IMG/VR virus record: IMGVR_UViG_3300027320_000003
Location: 6,192-70,191 of that record
Direction: 5' to 3' (one strand)
Source of the DNA: a virus
Taxonomy: Duplodnaviria > Heunggongvirae > Uroviricota > Caudoviricetes
DNA length: 64,000 nt
Shown: piece by piece, positions 46,760 through 57,387 of the stretch
How the letters are laid out: each line of letters starts with the position of its first letter
Position numbering within the stretch: the first letter of the stretch is position 1
Made by a program: the position numbers and the translations under genes
Notes under the pieces: model-generated
Seen by the model: only the letters and a program-made list of their open reading frames with translations
What the model was told of the DNA's origin: nothing
The model's database searches: none

Positions 46760-48564
46760 GCGTTGCCTCCAAATTATTCGATATTTTTGCCCTTACAGGC
46801 AGCACCAACCTAAATCCATTCGGTGTTACAAAGAACACCCAACCAGAGCAGGAGCAGCAGTTCCGGCAGGCCGGAGAGCTTGCCAACCCTGATATCTGGA
46901 ATGCCTATAATCAGGCAATGAAGCAACCGGCGAGCATGGAGAGCGCCTACGCCCTGTGGGATGAAATGGCTGGTTGGGATCTTATGGCAGCTGCTCTAAA
47001 CGAGGTGGTTGAAGAAACCGTGCAGCGTGATTCAGACAGCCCAGGTAGCCTGTGGTACAGTTGCAACGACGCCAAAGTTGAGGAAGATATCAACAACATG
47101 CTGCGAGACGTGCGGATGGAGGATATTATTAGTAGCCAAGCATGGCATGAAGTCGCATTTGGTAATAATTTTGAGAAGATTGACTATGAGAAGGGTCAAG
47201 GTGTTAAAGGACTTTCATTCGTTCATCCTGTGGCAATGCGCCGATACTGGCTGCAACGTAACCGCCAATGCGTAGGTTACCGTTGGATGGGTCATACACC
47301 CGGTTCAGAGGGCTATGGTGATAAATCACGAGCAAAAATCACGATTTCAAATAACTCAACGGAGGATCTGTGGTATCCATGGGATTTTATGCATACGCGC
47401 CGTATGCACCGCAACCGTACTACCGAACACGGTGAACCACTCTTCGTAGATGCATCATCGGTTTACAAGAAGATTCGCATCGCACTTGATCAAATGGTTG
47501 TTTACCGTGCTCAGATTCAACCTGACAGATATGTTGTCAACATTGATACCAAGGATATGCCACCATCCGAGAGCATGAAAACAGTGCAACGCTGGAAGCA
47601 GAGTCTGCGCAGCCGGATGAGCTATGGCAATGACAAATCAGGTCTTGGTATCGCTGAGGAGTTTAAAAGCTTCTATAACGCATGGGCGCTCGATAGTGTA
47701 CTCTGGATCGCGAAACCACGTGAATTTGCGCATAGCATTGAGAAGCTTGCCGGTACCACCGCTGTGCCTGACATATATGATGTTGAACTTCTGATGGGAG
47801 TCTTCTTCTCGGTGCTTGGCATGCCACGCAGCTGGATTGGTGTAAACGGTGGTGATACTGAGAAACCGACAAGCGGTAAGGCTCTCCTAGCACAGGACAT
47901 GCGTTTCTTACGCAAGATCAAGAGCGTACGTGCACCGCTGATTAATTCCTATGAGTGGTTGGCCTATTTCCATTGCGCGCTAAAGGACCAGGATGTCTCT
48001 AGTTTAAAGATTCAGGCCCACATGAGTCCAATCGGTAGCCTTGAGGATAACCTTAAGATGGAGGTGCTCAAGACGCAGGTTGAGATTCTTAACTCGCTTG
48101 GTGATGTCATGGACAAGTATCAATTGCCACGTGAGCTGTGGATTGAGCTCGTCTTTAAACGGTATATGAAACTGCCGGCAGACGTGGTCAATATCATGCT
48201 AACCTCGCTTCCGCCTGAGGCTAACAACCAGAGCGAGTCAATTAAACCTCGCGAGTCGTATAGCAAGAAGAAGGTGATGGAGGACATTGTTAACCGCCTC
48301 GGACCAGGGCAGGAGCATTACGCAGATGCTCTCAACGACGTGATGAGCGGCAATCTACCAAAGATTAGGCGCTCACCGTATCGGTCAGTCAACGAGGTGC
48401 TTAACTATCAGGCAATCAACACCGGCGATATTGTCAGCTCTGGTTGGGATGGCGAAGATCTACTAGAGGGTGCTAAACTGTCCCAGGGTCACCAGTCAGC
48501 ATCAGAGAAGCTATTTGAGAGCGACCAATATCGTAAAGTAATGAGTCAACACATCGTACGGTAA
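46756..48564 (+). CDS. Portal protein (T4 gp20-like)
   Basis: MHTRR...GEPLF...YKKIRIALDQMVVYRAQIQPDRYVVNIDT-DMPP; FFSVLGMPRSWI; 602 aa. Confidence 0.8.
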   Translation: MSVASKLFDIFALTGSTNLNPFGVTKNTQPEQEQQFRQAGELANPDIWNAYNQAMKQPASMESAYALWDEMAGWDLMAAALNEVVEETVQRDSDSPGSLWYSCNDAKVEEDINNMLRDVRMEDIISSQAWHEVAFGNNFEKIDYEKGQGVKGLSFVHPVAMRRYWLQRNRQCVGYRWMGHTPGSEGYGDKSRAKITISNNSTEDLWYPWDFMHTRRMHRNRTTEHGEPLFVDASSVYKKIRIALDQMVVYRAQIQPDRYVVNIDTKDMPPSESMKTVQRWKQSLRSRMSYGNDKSGLGIAEEFKSFYNAWALDSVLWIAKPREFAHSIEKLAGTTAVPDIYDVELLMGVFFSVLGMPRSWIGVNGGDTEKPTSGKALLAQDMRFLRKIKSVRAPLINSYEWLAYFHCALKDQDVSSLKIQAHMSPIGSLEDNLKMEVLKTQVEILNSLGDVMDKYQLPRELWIELVFKRYMKLPADVVNIMLTSLPPEANNQSESIKPRESYSKKKVMEDIVNRLGPGQEHYADALNDVMSGNLPKIRRSPYRSVNEVLNYQAINTGDIVSSGWDGEDLLEGAKLSQGHQSASEKLFESDQYRKVMSQHIVR

Positions 48565-49313
48565 TGCTCACCTCAAGCCTCCTAATCACTAGCATCCAAA
48601 ACGTCTCGAACGAGAGGTTTAAGGTTGTTGTTGCGGTTGAGGTTAAGGAGGATGCCACAGACCTCACTGACCAGCTCATCTCTGCCTCCATTAATTGGGG
48701 TGATGGTGACGTTAATACCGAGTCGGTTCGCAGCGCTAACGGCGCTGGGTATGTATCAGACATCGATGGCAAACCAGCCTATAGCGGAACTATCGCTAAT
48801 GAGTATCTTCACAACTACGGCGTTGGAACATATCGAATTAGATTAATTTCCCATAACTATCGCAGCCCTGTGCAGGATAAATTAGTAAGCAGCTACGTTG
48901 TCACCCTAAAGGGATTACAATCAACCATTACTGAGGACACGATCATTGTTGGTCCTATTTCACCGAGTGATGCTGGTTTTCCAAATAGCGATCAGTGGAG
49001 CCTAGACATCGATAAAAATCTTAAGCTGCTAGCCTCGAACGTAAAAAATGTGCTTACAACCGGGGTTGGCGAGAGAACGATGGAGCCAACATTCGGTACG
49101 AATATACGCCGCATGATTTTCAATCCATTAGATGCGCCATCCATTGGAGAGATTGAAACGGAGATTCGCAGAGCGCTGTCAATCTGGGAACCGCGAGTAC
49201 GCGTAAATAGCATTCAGCGCCGCACCTCTGGTAATTCTGTCTACTTAAATCTTGATCTGGTTAGTTTGCTAGATCGACAAAACTTTAAACTAGACGTTCA
49301 GTTCTCCCAATGA
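48564..49313 (+). CDS. Baseplate wedge subunit, gp25/GPW-like (with N-terminal Ig/PKD-like part)
   Basis: NVLTTGVGERTMEPTFGTNIRRMIF...IRRALSIWEPRVRV. Confidence 0.85.
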   Translation: MLTSSLLITSIQNVSNERFKVVVAVEVKEDATDLTDQLISASINWGDGDVNTESVRSANGAGYVSDIDGKPAYSGTIANEYLHNYGVGTYRIRLISHNYRSPVQDKLVSSYVVTLKGLQSTITEDTIIVGPISPSDAGFPNSDQWSLDIDKNLKLLASNVKNVLTTGVGERTMEPTFGTNIRRMIFNPLDAPSIGEIETEIRRALSIWEPRVRVNSIQRRTSGNSVYLNLDLVSLLDRQNFKLDVQFSQ

Positions 49314-49660
49314 CAACCACCAAAAACACTGTTGACCGCCGCGAATTTCTAAGACGGCTGCACGCTGATTGCGACATCCCGTATGGTAAGGCAATACAGG
49401 TCTATGATTGCGTCAATAACATCATTGCCGACGCCATCGTCAACGGCAGCAAGATTAAGATTGGTACCGTGATGAGCATTAAGCCAACATGGAGCAAGCC
49501 ACGGGCTATTCATATGGGCTTTAAGAACGAGAAAAACCAGACGAAGAAGGCATCGCGGATCTATTATAAGGGTCGTAGTCTGAAGTTTAAGGTTAATGTC
49601 TACAAGGATTTTATGTCACGCTGCCGGTTAAACTGGTTCTCGGGTGACGAACGAATCTAA
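49310..49660 (+). CDS. HU/IHF-like DNA-binding protein
   Basis: REFLRRLH...IIADAIVNGSKIKIG...KPRAIHMG...KFKV pattern. Confidence 0.65.
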   Translation: MTTTKNTVDRREFLRRLHADCDIPYGKAIQVYDCVNNIIADAIVNGSKIKIGTVMSIKPTWSKPRAIHMGFKNEKNQTKKASRIYYKGRSLKFKVNVYKDFMSRCRLNWFSGDERI

Positions 49661-49676
49661 AAACCGTACTTAAGCC

Positions 49677-51224
49677 ATGGCCCAGAAAATTACTCCAATC
49701 GTACCACCACGAGTATCGCATCTCTCGTCATCCTCGGATGTGTCGTCTAATACAATTTCAAACACTACGCAGCAACTTGACCGCAGCATACAGGCTGTCG
49801 CGAGTAAAGTAAATGAAGTTGTCGGTGAGGCGAATAACCGTGAGAACTACAATTACGTCAACCCGCCGCTGAGCACACTCGCACCTAGCGAGACTAAGAT
49901 TCTCACCAATGTGCGCATACCGGTAGGTTTTGAGGCGCGTATCGTCACCGGTACGGTTTCAAGTCTACCAACACCTAAGACAGTTGAGCTTAAGGTTATG
50001 CACAATGCCGGTACCTACGGATCAGTTACCGGTACTACGATTGTTGATACACTCGGTGAGGGTACATCTGGCACCGCATATAGCCCAGCCGGTGAATTTA
50101 TTGTTGAGGTTACGAATAACACTACAAAAACAGCAACCTACGTTACCTCCATCGTTGTTGCGATGCGCCCGCTTGGATTTGAAAGTGGTAGCCTATCTGC
50201 ACCTGCCCTGAAGGAACGCGTTATTTCTGCGCCGCCTGGACCATCTGGCGCAACCGGACCATTTGGTGTTACCGGAGCGACTGGCGCACAAGGTACGCCT
50301 GGCGGAGCAACTGGTGCTACCGGTGTCGCTGGGACCGTCGGTGTTACTGGCGCAACCGGAGTAATTGGCGCAACTGGTCCGCAGGGTCCAAGCGGTCCAC
50401 AAGGCGTGATCGGTGCAACCGGAGTTACTGGTTCACTCGGTGTTACTGGAGCGACTGGTGCCGGTGGAGCTATTGGCGCCACTGGTGCGACAGGTGTCGG
50501 CGCTACCGGAGCAACAGGCCCACTCGGAGCGACCGGCCTACAGGGTACACCGGGTGGAGCAACTGGCGCAACCGGAGTTACTGGACCTGTCGGTCCAACC
50601 GGAGTTACCGGCCCAACTGGCGCTGGAGTAACCGGTGTTACTGGTGCGACTGGAGTACAAGGTGCAACTGGATTTTCAATTGTTGGCGCGACTGGAGTTG
50701 GAGTTACTGGAGTAACCGGTGTTACTGGTGCAACCGGCCCAGTTGGCGTTACAGGAGTTACTGGTGCCGGAGTTACTGGAGTAACCGGTGCAACTGGAGT
50801 CGCTGGTACTGTCGGTGTTACTGGTGCAACTGGCCTTGGTGTCACCGGCGTTACAGGTGTCACCGGCGTTACAGGTGTTACTGGTGCAACTGGAGTGTCT
50901 GGAGCAGTGTTCGGTATTGGAACGGTGTCCGGTTTTTTTAATGGCATAGTCGTCGCTAAAACGATCGTGCTAGACGAGTACGCTAAATTCGCGTACACGA
51001 TCAACGACATAACTCACCGCACGCTAAGTGGAACAGCTACGTTTAGCGTTCAAATAAATGGAACAAACGTGACTAGTCTCGCGTCGCTTGGATCTAGCTC
51101 AACCCAAGCAACAGCGACAGCGACAGCGGCAAACACGGTTTCCATCGGAGGACGAGTTACTATGGTGATATCAGCAGTTTCTTCTTGCCAAGATTTGTCA
51201 TTCACATTAAAATATACTAGATAA
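49677..51224 (+). CDS. Collagen-like tail fibre (G-A/V-T triplets)
   Basis: About 220 aa of G-X-Y, mostly GAT/GVT; GTACTTAA-N3-ATG. Confidence 0.85.
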   Translation: MAQKITPIVPPRVSHLSSSSDVSSNTISNTTQQLDRSIQAVASKVNEVVGEANNRENYNYVNPPLSTLAPSETKILTNVRIPVGFEARIVTGTVSSLPTPKTVELKVMHNAGTYGSVTGTTIVDTLGEGTSGTAYSPAGEFIVEVTNNTTKTATYVTSIVVAMRPLGFESGSLSAPALKERVISAPPGPSGATGPFGVTGATGAQGTPGGATGATGVAGTVGVTGATGVIGATGPQGPSGPQGVIGATGVTGSLGVTGATGAGGAIGATGATGVGATGATGPLGATGLQGTPGGATGATGVTGPVGPTGVTGPTGAGVTGVTGATGVQGATGFSIVGATGVGVTGVTGVTGATGPVGVTGVTGAGVTGVTGATGVAGTVGVTGATGLGVTGVTGVTGVTGVTGATGVSGAVFGIGTVSGFFNGIVVAKTIVLDEYAKFAYTINDITHRTLSGTATFSVQINGTNVTSLASLGSSSTQATATATAANTVSIGGRVTMVISAVSSCQDLSFTLKYTR

Positions 51225-52378
51225 TGTCAGACCACATCGTATTCAACTATATTGGTGGTAATAACATATACACACCATTCGCTGCTCTATCCACCGCTGG
51301 AACTTCTGGATCGGCTGGAAGCGTCATACAGAGAAATTATGTTTGGAACAATCTTAAGGTTGGTGGCGTAGATTACCCTCTAGATAACACGAAAATGCTA
51401 CTATACGGTGGTGGAACAGTTCAAATTGTCAGCAAATCGACGTATACCGCCTCGGCGACGTCTTCTGTTACGACTTACACGAATTTTGCTGTTGGTGCCT
51501 CAACAATCGTTGGAGTAAGGGACAACGCTGGAAACAAGGTCATGGATCTCATGACATTTCCAAATCTGACGGTGACAGCCACATACGATCTAAACGATAC
51601 ATTTCTTATTCCATTCTATGACGGTGGGTTCTACTACGTCGTTGGTGCTGGCCAAAGTCAGATAGTAAAACTAACTGAGGCTAGTCTTAGTGTTAGCAGC
51701 ACTGACACGGCATCCCTTAACAAGGAAAGACCTATTATTGGAAGCAGAGTATTTTCCTTTACGAGTACGGCGTATGCATTCACGATGCAGAACCTGCCGT
51801 CTTTCTCCACCGCGTATACTGGTGGGAGTATTCCAGCAAATGTTCTTAACACCGCGTTCTCCGACGACACAAATAACCACATCTATAATATCATCCCAGT
51901 AGGAGGAAGTGGAGCAAACGGAAGATACAACCTAGCTGCGGTATCGTCAAACGATTGGTCGTCATTCGGCGGAAATCCTCCATACGGAACAATCGCGCAG
52001 GATGCAACGAATCTATACTACGTCTCCGATTACAGCGTGGACGGATCTACGCCGATGAAGGTGCAGAAGATCACGAAGACAACCGGTGCCTTAGTTGGTA
52101 CGTACAACTCTGTTCCGCAACAGACGTCTAATACTCAAAATTACGTGTGCCAATGCATTAGCGGTAATAGACTCGTTATCGGAGTTATTCAACCTGGGCC
52201 AGTATACAGAATCGCCGTGCACGACACCACCACGATGTCTCTTTTATCATGGAACCAAGTATACGCTCAGCCAACAGGTTTTTGGGAAGACACTGTAAAT
52301 AAGATCCTCTGGGTGTATTCGAACACCAACAGCCAAGGTATTCTCGGAGCAGGGTGGATCACGTTATTTCAGTTATAG
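51224..52378 (+). CDS. Beta-rich fibre-associated / receptor-binding protein
   Basis: 384 aa, S/T/Y-rich, coupled to collagen fibre gene. Confidence 0.55.
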   Translation: MSDHIVFNYIGGNNIYTPFAALSTAGTSGSAGSVIQRNYVWNNLKVGGVDYPLDNTKMLLYGGGTVQIVSKSTYTASATSSVTTYTNFAVGASTIVGVRDNAGNKVMDLMTFPNLTVTATYDLNDTFLIPFYDGGFYYVVGAGQSQIVKLTEASLSVSSTDTASLNKERPIIGSRVFSFTSTAYAFTMQNLPSFSTAYTGGSIPANVLNTAFSDDTNNHIYNIIPVGGSGANGRYNLAAVSSNDWSSFGGNPPYGTIAQDATNLYYVSDYSVDGSTPMKVQKITKTTGALVGTYNSVPQQTSNTQNYVCQCISGNRLVIGVIQPGPVYRIAVHDTTTMSLLSWNQVYAQPTGFWEDTVNKILWVYSNTNSQGILGAGWITLFQL

Positions 52379-52385
52379 TTAATCC

Positions 52386-52781
52386 ATGCATGAAAATAAG
52401 AATCTCTCCCAGATCCTCGCAACCGCAATGCTCGAAAACAGCGACGCAAGTATTGCTGGCAAGGTTGCCAGCATCCTATCCGCCAAAGCAAATCAAAAAG
52501 AAGGCGATAAAGTTGCCGGTTCGCCCAACAGGCTTGATAGAGCGGGTACGGTGCAGCCTGAGAAAATTCGGGATGTATCTGACACGGTAGAGGCGGCCGT
52601 TAAGAAGTATCTCGCTAACGGCAAATTCAATTTCAATGCGGCTGTGGTATCACCAGGGCAGGCTGGCACCATCAATATCCACGTACCACAGAGTAGCGAG
52701 GCATCCGCGGCGTCAATTTCACACGGTGAGTCAATCACCCTCAACGTCGAGCTAGACGAGTTTACTGTTAAAGAGATTTAA
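52386..52781 (+). CDS. Hypothetical protein, probably head-internal
   Basis: ATAGTTAA-N3-ATG; AMLE|NS. Confidence 0.6.
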   Translation: MHENKNLSQILATAMLENSDASIAGKVASILSAKANQKEGDKVAGSPNRLDRAGTVQPEKIRDVSDTVEAAVKKYLANGKFNFNAAVVSPGQAGTINIHVPQSSEASAASISHGESITLNVELDEFTVKEI

Positions 52782-52782
52782 C

Positions 52783-54729
52783 GTGGCCATAACTGACCTC
52801 CATCGCGCCTCCAAGAGGATAAACGCCGCATTAGAGCTGGTCAATCCTGCATTCAGCGGCATTGAATGGCGTCCTAGAGCATACGTCCTCATATCGAGCA
52901 CGGTCGGTCGTCTTGAGGACTCTGACTATCGGATAGAGCTATACTACACCGGATCTGGCATCTACGCTGACGTCCTGGATGACCGGGGCACAATTTCAGC
53001 GCAGTACCGGGTCAACAATGCCGAGCAGATCGCCAAGTTCGCGGAGACGCTAGACGCCAAATTGTTCCCAGAGCACGCCGCCGTAGAAGCAATTCTACGC
53101 GAAACCTCTGGTAATACGATCATTACGTCCAGGGGAGAGCAGTTGACTAGGGCCATTCAAGAAATTGTTCCGTCCTTTAAACCTCCAACCTGGTTTAATG
53201 TATCCGCAACGCACGCCACCACGGTGCCATTCAACGATGAACAGGGTAACGAATGGAGAATCGTCGTCATGAGACTCGGTGATGTCTACTATGCCACGTT
53301 GGCTCCAAATAACGGAAATTGGGATATTCATACCACCGAAGGAACGCTGAAGGCAGCACGAGAGATGGCGGCTAAATTCTTTCCAAGCGAGGTCGCAAAC
53401 GCTGCTGTTATAGCCGAGAGCGAACTACCTGGATTCCATGATCTGTATTTAGACGAATTTACGCACCGTTTGGGTAAGGCTAACCCTGCATTTAGCGGGT
53501 TAAAGTGGAGCTCGTCTCGTCTCTTCGACATACAGAGTTCACCGATAATGCTCCAAGACGAATCAGAGGCTATAATCTATGCCGTCTTACGAGGACGTAG
53601 GGCAGGATATGGTTTCCTTGTTGAACGAGACGGGGCTATCCAAGATCTCGACTCGTACGACCTCGAAGATGACATCGCCGTTGACTCTCTTATAGATAGG
53701 CTTAATGCCATGCTATTTCCAACCGCTGCCGCGAATGACACGATTATGCAGGAAAACATCGAGGCTACAGCCGCCGCCAAGTCACTGCTCGCAGAATTTC
53801 AACGGGAGTTAGTAGCGGTTAATGACGCTTTCACCACTGTGGAATTCGGTCGGTGGCACAAGCTCGACCTTGGAAACGAGCCTGACGATGACACGCAAGG
53901 GTGTTTGTCTACACCAATAGTCGGAGACGATGGCCTAAAATACATCATCCACATTACGATATACCCTGACGCCCTATGGGTTGACATCGGGACCGCGGGT
54001 AGTAGCATTGACGATAACTCTGGATTTCCAATCAATTTCACGTCACAGATACGCACTGCGGCGGTAGGCATCAATACTATGCTATTTCCTGGCGCTGCCG
54101 CGGATACCGCCGTTATGGCTGAATCAGAAGCAGAGGATCCGGCCGTGGCCGGATGTAGACTGATCGCAAATCGTCTAATCGACGATCTGAGCGCGTTGAA
54201 CCAGCGGTTTAGTGGAGTCACATGGCTGCACGTTCCAGGAATGGGACTAGTGTCGTCAGTTATATACCAAAATGAAAATCAGTACGAGATTGCCATTGAC
54301 AACCGTCATGAAGAGGTGAGCATCTCATTGGCAGTCAATGGAGTCAGCCCCGAAGAGAGGACGCGATCATTTAATCGATATAACGTCGTGGATGCGGCTA
54401 GATGGATTCATGCACAGATGTTTCCAACTGCTGCCGCGAATGACGCTGTTATGCAAGAGATGACCAGCTGTGGATCATTCGGCGGTGGCGCTGAGATGCC
54501 ACTCGGTAACAATTTCGCAAAAAAACGAAAGAAGAAAAGGATGAAAACATTACATGAAAAAGCTCAGGACCTCGTTGATCGCCTATTGGAAAATGCTGAC
54601 ATCTGCCCTCAGTACATGTCATCGTCCGTCACCCGTAATCGTAGAGCCGCCATTGGCAAAGAAACCTGCACCGAAGAAACAGAAGAGAAAAGCGTCGAGA
54701 AAGACGCGGAAGCCAAAGCCGCTATGTAA
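52783..54729 (+). CDS. Five-module tagged polyprotein
   Basis: LFPEHAAVEAILRE|T, FFPSEVANAAVIAE|S, LFPTAAANDTIMQE|N, LFPGAAADTAVMAE|S, MFPTAAANDAVMQE|M. Confidence 0.8.
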   Translation: MAITDLHRASKRINAALELVNPAFSGIEWRPRAYVLISSTVGRLEDSDYRIELYYTGSGIYADVLDDRGTISAQYRVNNAEQIAKFAETLDAKLFPEHAAVEAILRETSGNTIITSRGEQLTRAIQEIVPSFKPPTWFNVSATHATTVPFNDEQGNEWRIVVMRLGDVYYATLAPNNGNWDIHTTEGTLKAAREMAAKFFPSEVANAAVIAESELPGFHDLYLDEFTHRLGKANPAFSGLKWSSSRLFDIQSSPIMLQDESEAIIYAVLRGRRAGYGFLVERDGAIQDLDSYDLEDDIAVDSLIDRLNAMLFPTAAANDTIMQENIEATAAAKSLLAEFQRELVAVNDAFTTVEFGRWHKLDLGNEPDDDTQGCLSTPIVGDDGLKYIIHITIYPDALWVDIGTAGSSIDDNSGFPINFTSQIRTAAVGINTMLFPGAAADTAVMAESEAEDPAVAGCRLIANRLIDDLSALNQRFSGVTWLHVPGMGLVSSVIYQNENQYEIAIDNRHEEVSISLAVNGVSPEERTRSFNRYNVVDAARWIHAQMFPTAAANDAVMQEMTSCGSFGGGAEMPLGNNFAKKRKKKRMKTLHEKAQDLVDRLLENADICPQYMSSSVTRNRRAAIGKETCTEETEEKSVEKDAEAKAAM

Positions 54730-54783
54730 CGGCGACAAGATTTAACGCGGTGTTATTATAATCAAGAAACTAAGGAAACTGCC

Positions 54784-55152
54784 GTGAAAATCAAAAAAGT
54801 CAACAACACCTATAACGTTTACAGCATGGAGCTCTCATGGACAGAGCTCGAGGCTCTCCAAGCCCGTCTCGAGAAGGATCACTCCGGACCAGCTGCTGAC
54901 GACCTCTACCAAACAATTGATTGGTACTTGAAGAACAACCTTCCACAGCCAGGTGAAGATGACAAGAAGAAAGACGATGAAGCGCCAGCTGCCGGTGAAG
55001 TCGATAAGATCCCTGACGACGAAATGCAACTCAACAGTGAATTGCCACCTATTGAAGATCCAGTACCTGAAATGCCCAAAGAATCACCGGAGGACGAAGA
55101 GTCCCTAGAGTATCGTCCTAGATTAAACCCGTTCGACGAATTCGAACGATAG
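54784..55152 (+). CDS. Acidic hypothetical protein
   Basis: 122-aa ORF with AAGGAAA SD. Confidence 0.65.
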   Translation: MKIKKVNNTYNVYSMELSWTELEALQARLEKDHSGPAADDLYQTIDWYLKNNLPQPGEDDKKKDDEAPAAGEVDKIPDDEMQLNSELPPIEDPVPEMPKESPEDEESLEYRPRLNPFDEFER

Positions 55153-55190
55153 GAATTTCCACGATGAGCGCGCGGAGTATTCTCTCCATT

Positions 55191-56246
55191 ATGGAGTTTG
55201 AAAAAGTTGAAGGTAGTGATCTCGTGCACGCGAGTCGCAAGGATGCACTTAAACGCGGTACACACAGCCTTGGCGGTAACCCAGGTGTCCCTGATGAGCT
55301 CCACAAAATCTCAGCTGCTGAAGCCTTTGACCGACTCGAGAAACGTCTCGAGAAGTACACTGGAAGCCGAGTAACTGCTGGTAGCGCAAGACAGTTGCTA
55401 ATGCAGGTACGAACAGCGCTTGGAACATTGTCGCATATTGAACACGGTAAAGAGAAACGGTTAGAGGATCTAGCGGTTGAACTGGTTGAATCACTGCCAG
55501 AGTTTAAATCCCTGGTGGATGCTCGCAACGCAGGTCACGTTGAACTCCGCCCAAAGATCACTGCCGACATCGACCTAAGTGATATCGCTAAGGCACCTGA
55601 GACCGAGGAGGAACAGGATGAGCTAGTGATGGAACTCGCCGCCATCGATGCTGAGCATAGCAAACGCCGCCTTATCAATTCAATGATCCAAGGTTCCGCA
55701 GTCTCCAAGAATTACGCGTTTGAGATGGTTAAGTCTGAACTCGACAAGATTGACCCACGGTTGATTAATCTCTATGGACTGCTTATGGCCGCCTCAGAGA
55801 TTGGCTATTGGATGTTCCCAGACGAGATGATCCGCACTAGCGCCGGTGAAGTCGGTATCGGTAAATCACGGCTTGAAGTTAAGGATGGCAAGACGATCAT
55901 CCACGCCAAGGGTATCTCATTCCCAGTGGTGGTGCAGGAATTGATTAAGGGTATCATGGAACTCGCCTCCTACTCTGGTATGCCAAAGGATAAGGCAACA
56001 CGTGATAAGATTCTCAAAACAGACTTTATTGACCACGAAACATGGGATATGATCCTCGGACCTGGGTTGTGGAAACGCTACCTAGATTCAATGGACCTCT
56101 CAGATCAGGAGCTCGCCATTAACATGTGGGACCTCCTGGTTCACAAACCAACCGAGGAGTTTGCCGCCGACATTAAGGTTATTCTCAAGGGTGGACCTGA
56201 GGCTAAGGCACTCGCGAAGAAACTCATCGCCCAAGTCAAGGAATAA
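55191..56246 (+). CDS. Hypothetical phage protein
   Basis: TTTCCA 55156-61, N16, TATTCT, N7, ATG 55191. Confidence 0.7.
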   Translation: MEFEKVEGSDLVHASRKDALKRGTHSLGGNPGVPDELHKISAAEAFDRLEKRLEKYTGSRVTAGSARQLLMQVRTALGTLSHIEHGKEKRLEDLAVELVESLPEFKSLVDARNAGHVELRPKITADIDLSDIAKAPETEEEQDELVMELAAIDAEHSKRRLINSMIQGSAVSKNYAFEMVKSELDKIDPRLINLYGLLMAASEIGYWMFPDEMIRTSAGEVGIGKSRLEVKDGKTIIHAKGISFPVVVQELIKGIMELASYSGMPKDKATRDKILKTDFIDHETWDMILGPGLWKRYLDSMDLSDQELAINMWDLLVHKPTEEFAADIKVILKGGPEAKALAKKLIAQVKE

Positions 56247-56249
56247 TTT

Positions 56250-57377
56250 ATGACACCACGCCAACTCGTTGAAAAATTGCTAGACGGAACTATCCACCGT
56301 GAGAATCCTGCGTATTCTAGCCATCTAATGGAGAATGCTATGTGGAGTAATGGTAAAACAAAAGAATTTGTGCCGCAGATGGTTGCCTATCAGACCGAGA
56401 TCACCGATAAGGATGGCACTAAGAAATTGATTCCACGGGCCGACGCCGTGACTAAGCGTCTCGGTGAATTTCGTGAGCTATTCGCTGATAGCTACGAGTT
56501 AGTCTACTGGGCAACCCAGATGTACCGTGTTACCATGCTCAACCTCGTCGGTAACAATGGTAACGCGAAGGCCGCAAAGAAATGTGCGGAGCTTGTCGCT
56601 GGATACACCGGTGGTGCGATATTTTTCAACTCTAATTTCAATTTCTGCCGCGGTGCTATCGGCCAAATCGCTACGACGATGGGTGAAATTAAGAAGACTA
56701 TCGCCAAGAGTGAGAAAGCTAAGACAGCATTCTACGCCATCAAGGCCACCGATGATAACGGCAAGTTAATGGACCACTCAGTTCTCTACGACAAGCTGCA
56801 TGGTATCAACCAACTCATCTCCAGCATTGAAGCATTACCACAGGGTGAGCCAATCGTCGAGTTCCCAGACGGTAGCAAATGGGTAATACTTGATAAGCAT
56901 GGTTGTGAACAGGAAGGTAAACTCATGCGCCATTGCGGTAACAGTGGTGGCAACAAGGCTGACCGCCTGATGAGTTACCGTGAGCCAAGCGCCTCCTACG
57001 AAGGTTTACTAGAGCCGAAGATGACATTCATCCTTGGTAGCAACGGTATGATTGGTGAGATGAAGGGCTACGCAAATAACAAGCCAGCCGCCAAATACCA
57101 CGAGAAGATTCTTGCACTGCTTGAGTTACCGATGATTAAGGGTACCAGTGGTAAAGGATACAAACCAGAGGCCAATTTCTCAATCGCTGATCTAAACGAT
57201 GAACAGCGTCTCCGATTGGCTAAGAGTAAACCAGACTTTAAGAATACCGATGGTATGTTTGATTTTGAGGCCTTTAAGGCGAAGCATGGCGTTACTACTG
57301 GCGCTAAAAAAGTTGACCAGAAGGCTGAGCCCGCTGAAAAAGATGTTACCGTAGTAGACGACGAAGACATCGCTTAA
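56250..57377 (+). CDS. Protein with PcfJ-like C-terminal domain
   Basis: EGKLMRHCGN...LMSYRE...MTFIL...GEMKGYANNKP. Confidence 0.5.
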   Translation: MTPRQLVEKLLDGTIHRENPAYSSHLMENAMWSNGKTKEFVPQMVAYQTEITDKDGTKKLIPRADAVTKRLGEFRELFADSYELVYWATQMYRVTMLNLVGNNGNAKAAKKCAELVAGYTGGAIFFNSNFNFCRGAIGQIATTMGEIKKTIAKSEKAKTAFYAIKATDDNGKLMDHSVLYDKLHGINQLISSIEALPQGEPIVEFPDGSKWVILDKHGCEQEGKLMRHCGNSGGNKADRLMSYREPSASYEGLLEPKMTFILGSNGMIGEMKGYANNKPAAKYHEKILALLELPMIKGTSGKGYKPEANFSIADLNDEQRLRLAKSKPDFKNTDGMFDFEAFKAKHGVTTGAKKVDQKAEPAEKDVTVVDDEDIA

Positions 57378-57387
57378 TAGTTAGTAC

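Noticed and set aside
50138-51010. 290-aa minus-strand Pro/Val/Thr ORF and other antisense or alternate-frame ORFs in the track (187..849, 7641..8228, 15271..15864, 53799..54221, 63231..63731 etc.)
   Set aside because: Shadows of genuine genes on the opposite strand or frame; low-complexity mirrors with no motifs or start signals
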